From Klebsormidium nitens (Eukaryota > Plantae > Klebsormidiophyceae): DNA of 64,000 nucleotides. A program made the position numbers and the translations under genes. The stretch covers positions 4,042 through 68,041 of the forward strand of contig DF237447.1 of NCBI GenBank assembly GCA_000708835.1, in the 5' to 3' direction. The first letter of the stretch is position 1, and the number at the start of each line of letters is the position of its first letter. Of this stretch, positions 59,601 through 64,000 are shown in pieces. The notes beneath the pieces are model-generated. The model made no database searches, had not been told where the DNA came from, and saw only the letters and a list, made by a program, of their open reading frames with translations.

Positions 59601-62468
59601 TTCTGAGTAGTAGTAAGCCGTTGATTGTAGATAGAGATTCACAAACGACAGGGCATTTCCAAAATGCATTCGACACAGCCGCACCACACAGCCATTGTGT
59701 CAACCTTTGTTCCAAGAACCAAAGTGCCAGCAAGTCATCCCGTTCAGAACCACAAAAGGTTTTGATTTGGCGAAAGCACCTCCAGGTGCTTATGGGGATG
59801 TGAGTAGTATTTTTCGATAGCTTGCTAAACAAGGGAAGCCATTGCTTGACCAGAAAAGCGGACACAGTTTGGGGAGCAGGAAAGAGCGTGGTGCAATCAA
59901 GTTTGGCGGGCCACTCTGTTCCGACATACAAACTCACACCAGGAGACCACCTGTCCGGCGGCGCTGACGCCCCGGTCCGTTCTCCCAGCCACGGTAGCGT
60001 TTGCGTTGTGTTTGGAGGCGGTTCCGTCCGATTCCTTCCCGTTCCGGCCTTCGCAATCGTCCAGAACGGAACGTAAGGCGCGCTCCAGCGCACTGCAGGG
60101 AAAGCGATAACGTCTTCTTGTTTGGAGGGCGGAGTCCGATGGCCCTGGCGGAAGCAACGGCTTGTTGACTTGAAAGTGGTATTGCAGGTTCTTCCATTGT
60201 CTGCCTAGAACACTTTGGAAAACGCTAGATGTAAAGGAGGACTCTGAGTCCGAGAAACGAACCAGCGTGGAAGTGTTACGGTAGCGTATCCAACCGTAGT
60301 GATAACTGTGGTGATCTTCATGAAACCAGAATTTGTGGACCGTTCTGGTCCTATGGGGAATCAAGATTGTTTCAACCTAAGACTGTACTATTTGAGAGTA
60401 TCCTCGAAAGAACCTCAAGATTCATTTACTGGCCGCTGCAGTCAGCGAGCCTACTGCGCTTGCTTATGAGGGAGTCCATAACCCGAGCTGCACCAACGAG
60501 TCAACTATCCCGGAACAAGTCTCGACGTATTCCTAGTCAACTCGAGGACAGAAAATATCACCGGTCACTCTGGGCGAAAGCAGAGCCTGCATACATGAAA
60601 TAGAGTTCAAAGCGGAAAAGATTAGCGACAACAATCCAAAAATCTCCGAATGCAACAGCATTGGGTTCGTAAACCTTGAAGCACACATTTATACAAGGGT
60701 CCGACAGGAAAGCCCCTAGGAAATGATCGCTCACTCTTGCACGGTCTTGTGGCCAGTCTGCTTTTGCCACCCCCAGAAGTGCCGACCGCTGTACGCCAGC
60801 TCGATCTTGAACGTCCGCCGCTCGGATTGCTTCCGAGAACCCGGCGTCGCCCCTTCGGACGGCTCACCATTGCCCGGAACTCTGTAACGGACGAGCGATA
60901 TGGGACCCTTGGAATCTTTTGACCTTTCGGAAGCTCTTCGAGTTCCCGCGATTGAAGTGTCCTCAACGGACGGCCCCCAAACGTCCGATTTCAGTCCGTA
61001 GCTTGCCGACGACCTGAGACCGTTCTCGCTTTCATCAAAGGCGCCTCGACCGTTTGATGCTTTGCCGTCCACGACAAACACTGCACAGCCGTTCCGATCG
61101 GTGCCAAGATCGGAGGACCGAGACCCATCCGAAAGCTTTTCTTGGGCGAAGGCAACCCGATCGTCCGACTTTCTCCGTTGTTCACTTGTCTCTCGCCTTT
61201 CAGGCGCTTCACAGCCCGCCGACTCGCTGCCGTTACTGGACTCCCTACAAGAATCAGATTCGTTCTCGCCCTCCTCGGACGCCACCTGCTTGTCCGGATT
61301 GTCCCCCAGTCCACATGCTTCAGGACCGTCCGAATCGGAGCGTGATTCGGACAGGGGCGACACGTCGTCCAGGGAAGCTTTCCCAGCGGCGACTCGATCG
61401 TGGAGGTCTTCGATGACGCTCCAGGGGCGATCGCGCATCACCTCGTTGCAGCGGCTGCAAAGTTGAAACATACATAAGCTGGGAACCTCAGAAGAGGAAG
61501 AATTGCAGAGGCATCAGGAAAGCTTATGGAGAAGAGCTCAGTCATTAGGAGCCTCTGAATTCAATGCCGCTCCAACGGCGATCGCGCAGCTTGCTGCATT
61601 GGCTGCAAAGTTAGGCTTTAGGAGGATACATGTTCCTTCCGAGTAACCGAATCGCAGGCGCGCCAGATGGGGTCTTTTTAGAGTCTGGGGTCTCTGCACT
61701 TTGAAGTTCCCTTCAGCTCTGAAATGGAATTGCTTAAAGCTCTCAGAAACTATGACCGCATTAAAACTACAGCTGTTGGTAGGAACTGTACACTAAAACT
61801 GTTGCGGTCACTTCCAAGGTGGAGAAACAGATCAGTATCCGGCATAAGGAGTGTTGCGAGGATGTAACAAGAGAGGAGGACTCCCAAGTACCAATACGCG
61901 GTGCAACCATCGGGTCGTGTGCCTTTGGAACAAGTAACAAATCAGTAGAATGTTGAGGACAAGAGTAAATCTCTGCTGTAACTGGTAGATCTGAAGTGGC
62001 TCTGTACATGATCCATGTAACGTACTTACACAACACAGAAATGTTTGGTGTCCAAGCCAGGAATGGAACCCTAAGAGCCAGGAGAAACAGAGAGTGGTGC
62101 AGGCAGCAGGCAAGCATACCGATTTGGTGCCGAAAGAAAGACAGGGAGAGACAGCCTTTCTTTCAAATGCTCGATGCAAACAGTGGGGAGACCCGGAAGC
62201 AGAGTAAGGCTGAAAAGACGTATGAATTGTGTGCGAGCAACGACAGCTGTTCATCTCAAAAGCATATCACAGAACACACAAAGATTAGGCAGGAACAAGC
62301 TGAGGTACATAAGCGGAAGACCTCAATGATTGAAAAAGGACACACATACTACAAGGAAGACCTTCAAAGAAGTGCTTACAATGGAGACCAGCGGAAGGGC
62401 GCCCTCTCGTCCGTGTGCTGAAAGTATTCAAGGCCCCCATCCGCCGTAGGCCACCACTCGTCACCCAT
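56532..62468 (-). CDS. truA: TruA-family tRNA pseudouridine synthase, plant-type, 7 coding exons, about 540 aa
   Basis: Manual splice model, complement(join(56532..56696,57468..57600,58274..58542,59155..59246,59938..60092,60735..61454,62380..62468)) = 1623 nt. All introns are GT-AG and all phases are consistent. TruA motifs occur in order: FKIELAYSGRHFWGWQKQ..TVQ, catalytic AGRTDRGVSAAGQV, FHAQFSAKWRHYVYLFP, GNRFLHRMVRVVVAT, RRATAPPAPPEGLTLAAVGY. The start ATG at 62468 is the least certain point. Confidence 0.93.
56612..57100 (-). repeat. Four tandem units of about 125 bp, each with branch point, 3' splice site and 5' part of TruA exon 7 (one functional, three decayed)
   Basis: Acceptor-equivalent positions (CGCAG|AT) at 56696, 56822, 56947 and 57070, spaced 126, 125 and 123 nt. 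Each is preceded on the minus strand by TGCTGACGT and followed by a variant of MVRVVVATAIREAAAG. Confidence 0.92.
57468..57600 (-). CDS. TruA gene coding exon 6
   Basis: Acceptor TTCTGCAG|C, donor AGG|GTGAG. Encodes GQHVVCHLYKARA...LRFTLIGNRFLHR. Confidence 0.9.
58274..58542 (-). CDS. TruA gene coding exon 5
   Basis: Acceptor TTTCACAG|G with GCTGAC branch-like motifs about 30 nt upstream. Encodes VSRSFHAQFSAKWRHYVYLFP...SYGSFARDTRADR. Phase-2 donor AG|GTCAT. Confidence 0.88.
59155..59246 (-). CDS. TruA gene coding exon 4
   Basis: Acceptor TTCTATGCAG|AT, donor CAG|GTAAG. Encodes (Y)TRCPDVNCEVIAEAISREAPARLRAVDVSQ. Not present in the ORF track. Confidence 0.88.
59938..60092 (-). CDS. TruA gene coding exon 3 (catalytic AGRTD motif)
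   Basis: Acceptor CTGCAG|T, donor T|GTGAG. Encodes ALERAL...AGRTDRGVSAAGQVVSW, with the catalytic Asp codon at 59975-59977. Confidence 0.93.
60735..61454 (-). CDS. TruA gene coding exon 2 (long Ser/Asp/Glu-rich linker plus TruA motif I)
   Basis: Lies in ORF 60731..61471. Acceptor TTTGCAG|C, donor GA|GTGAG. Ends RTFKIELAYSGRHFWGWQKQTGHKTVQ. Confidence 0.9.
62380..62468 (-). CDS. TruA gene coding exon 1 (MGDEWWPTADGGLEYFQHTDERAPFRWSP)
   Basis: ATG at 62468 lies just after an AG acceptor at 62472-62473, implying a 5' UTR intron or a further upstream exon. The donor TT|GTAAGC is phase 2, matching exon 2. The joined HTD..RW..RCNEVMRDRPW resembles the N-terminus of plant TruA-like proteins as I recall them. 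Confidence 0.75.
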
Positions 62469-63036
62469 AGCCTATGTACACAGATCCCTTGTTGCTGACA
62501 GGCCGCGGGTGGCGGCTTTCTGTACAAAACAATGCGCCAGCCAGACAACGCAGCGTTTCAAGGAAGGTGAGCGAGCCAGCCAAGCTCCTTCTCATGAAAA
62601 GTGATCTCTGGTGCTTTCAGGACCCAAGGTTCAGAGAGTGGCACGCAGCTACGTCTTTCAATCGTAGCTGCAAAACAGTTGTGAGCCCTCTTGGAAGTAT
62701 CTTAGTGTACCACCCGGTGTGCGAGCTGGTGCCACCACTGGCGGCAGGGAATCTGGCAATGCTGCGCACCAACCTCAAATTGCTACTAAGTAGGTTGGGC
62801 CCATGTTGTTGGGCCAGATGTGAAGGTGGAGAGGTTCAAGAGCGGCTCTGATCCTCTCTCTCATTGAGCTGAGCAATGCGACACTAGCGCTGGCATGCAA
62901 GCCAGCTAGCTAGCTCGACGGGCGGATGCGGGTGGCGGCCGCGCGCGCTCTTATTCAACGCGCATATTGACCGCGGCCTGTGACTGCCCGTCGGCGCCTC
63001 ATCACAACCGGTCCGACCCCTGTGAAAAGGTAACTT

Positions 63037-63525
63037 GGGTAGACCCTACGAGTGCACAACTCTCAAATTTGATCCGGACGAACCCGGCGAAAATTCACTC
63101 TATTAAAATCTGTCGCACCGTAGACTGCCGACAGCAGAATTTCGTCAACCTGGTCTCGATCCAGTCTGCGTTTCAGACCTGTAAGCCTAGCCTTGTTCCC
63201 CGGGCGAGCCGGTCAGACTGTAGCAGGACTACAATTGGCGACATTCATGCCCGGTCGGCCTCTTGGTGGCACCACTTCACCGAGCACATTTACCCCCTCT
63301 GCTGAGCCCCGGTACATGCGTGCAAACCGGGCATGAGGATGTCGCTAAGCTTAAATCTGCTTTAGTCTGACTGACTCGCCCGGGGAGTAGGGCTTTGCTT
63401 ACAGGTCTGAAACGCAGTGTCGGCAGTCTACGGTGCGGCTAAGTTTTAGTAGAGTGAAAATTCGCGCGCCCGCGCGGACCGCGTCCGGATCAAATTTGAG
63501 AGTTGTGCACTCGTAGGGTCTACCC
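63037..63525. mobile_element. Non-autonomous fold-back DNA transposon (MITE), 489 bp
   Basis: Perfect 44-bp TIRs, GGGTAGACCCTACGAGTGCACAACTCTCAAATTTGATCCGGACG, at 63037-63080 and 63482-63525. Imperfect inverted arms run to about 63256 and 63327 (e.g. 21-bp match 63166-63186 vs 63397-63417). No coding capacity is evident. TGTGAAAAG occurs on both flanks (63021-63029, 63526-63534). Confidence 0.88.
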
Positions 63526-64000
63526 TGTGAAAAGCAACTCACGAAGCCTATCGAACTGCATAAGTCACGGTTCTTTGTTTGTAACGCTACGGAGGCCCGT
63601 ATTTGGGCCGTCGGAGCTTCGGCGCGGCCTAATCTACCAGTAGGACCGTAGTACAGCTATCGCGCAAGGCCCGGTCGATTATTAGTGCGAGTCGTCGGCC
63701 AAAGTTGAGGCTACGGGCCCCGTCCGAGGCTCGTAGCCTGGGTCTTCAGTGGGTTGCACTCAGTGTTCAGTGGAAACAAGGCCGTGAAATTCGCCGACCT
63801 CCACGGAAATTTTAAAATTCCGAGGGTTACCGATCGGTTTCGGGCCGCGGTTACTGGGCCACCACTCGAAATCAGCCTTCCCGACCGAATTTCAAAATAT
63901 ACCGGGCAGTTGACATACCATCCGAGTCCAGTGCGCCGCACTGCGTGCACCTGAGTACAGAGAAAAACCTTCATGAGTTTCGTTCGACAGGCACAATACA

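Noticed and set aside
59437-60093. 218-aa minus-strand ORF, plus ORFs 57710..58216 and 61062..61466
   Set aside because: They are out-of-frame, intronic or antisense readings within the TruA gene.
1-64000. Autonomous transposase, integrase, RT, viral hallmark genes, snRNA or rRNA
   Set aside because: No recognisable motifs were found by eye. Highly decayed copies cannot be excluded without HMM searches.

Overview
Eukaryotic nuclear DNA with GT-AG introns and CTGAC-type branch points. The plant-type tRNA and TruA suggest a green-lineage alga such as a charophyte (inference). The window has two parts. (1) About 0-53 kb has no intact gene. From about 5 to 49.4 kb it is a co-oriented, minus-strand array of decayed paralogues of an unidentified gene family. 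They are recognisable by more than 30 copies of a motif that reads G-[Q/H/K]-D-[D/E] on the minus strand, by segmental duplications at about 9.3, 9.4 and 4.6 kb offsets, and by a nine-copy array with a period of about 97 bp. A spliced gene remnant follows at about 50-53 kb. (2) About 53.3-64 kb looks functional. It has an intron-containing tRNA-Ala(AGC) between perfect 18-bp inverted repeats and a 7-exon TruA-family tRNA pseudouridine synthase (minus strand, about 540 aa). The last intron of that gene holds three decayed tandem copies of its own branch point, acceptor and exon start. A 489-bp fold-back MITE lies upstream of it. Most ORFs in the supplied track are antisense or out-of-frame artefacts. 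All analysis was by eye, with no searches or counts run.
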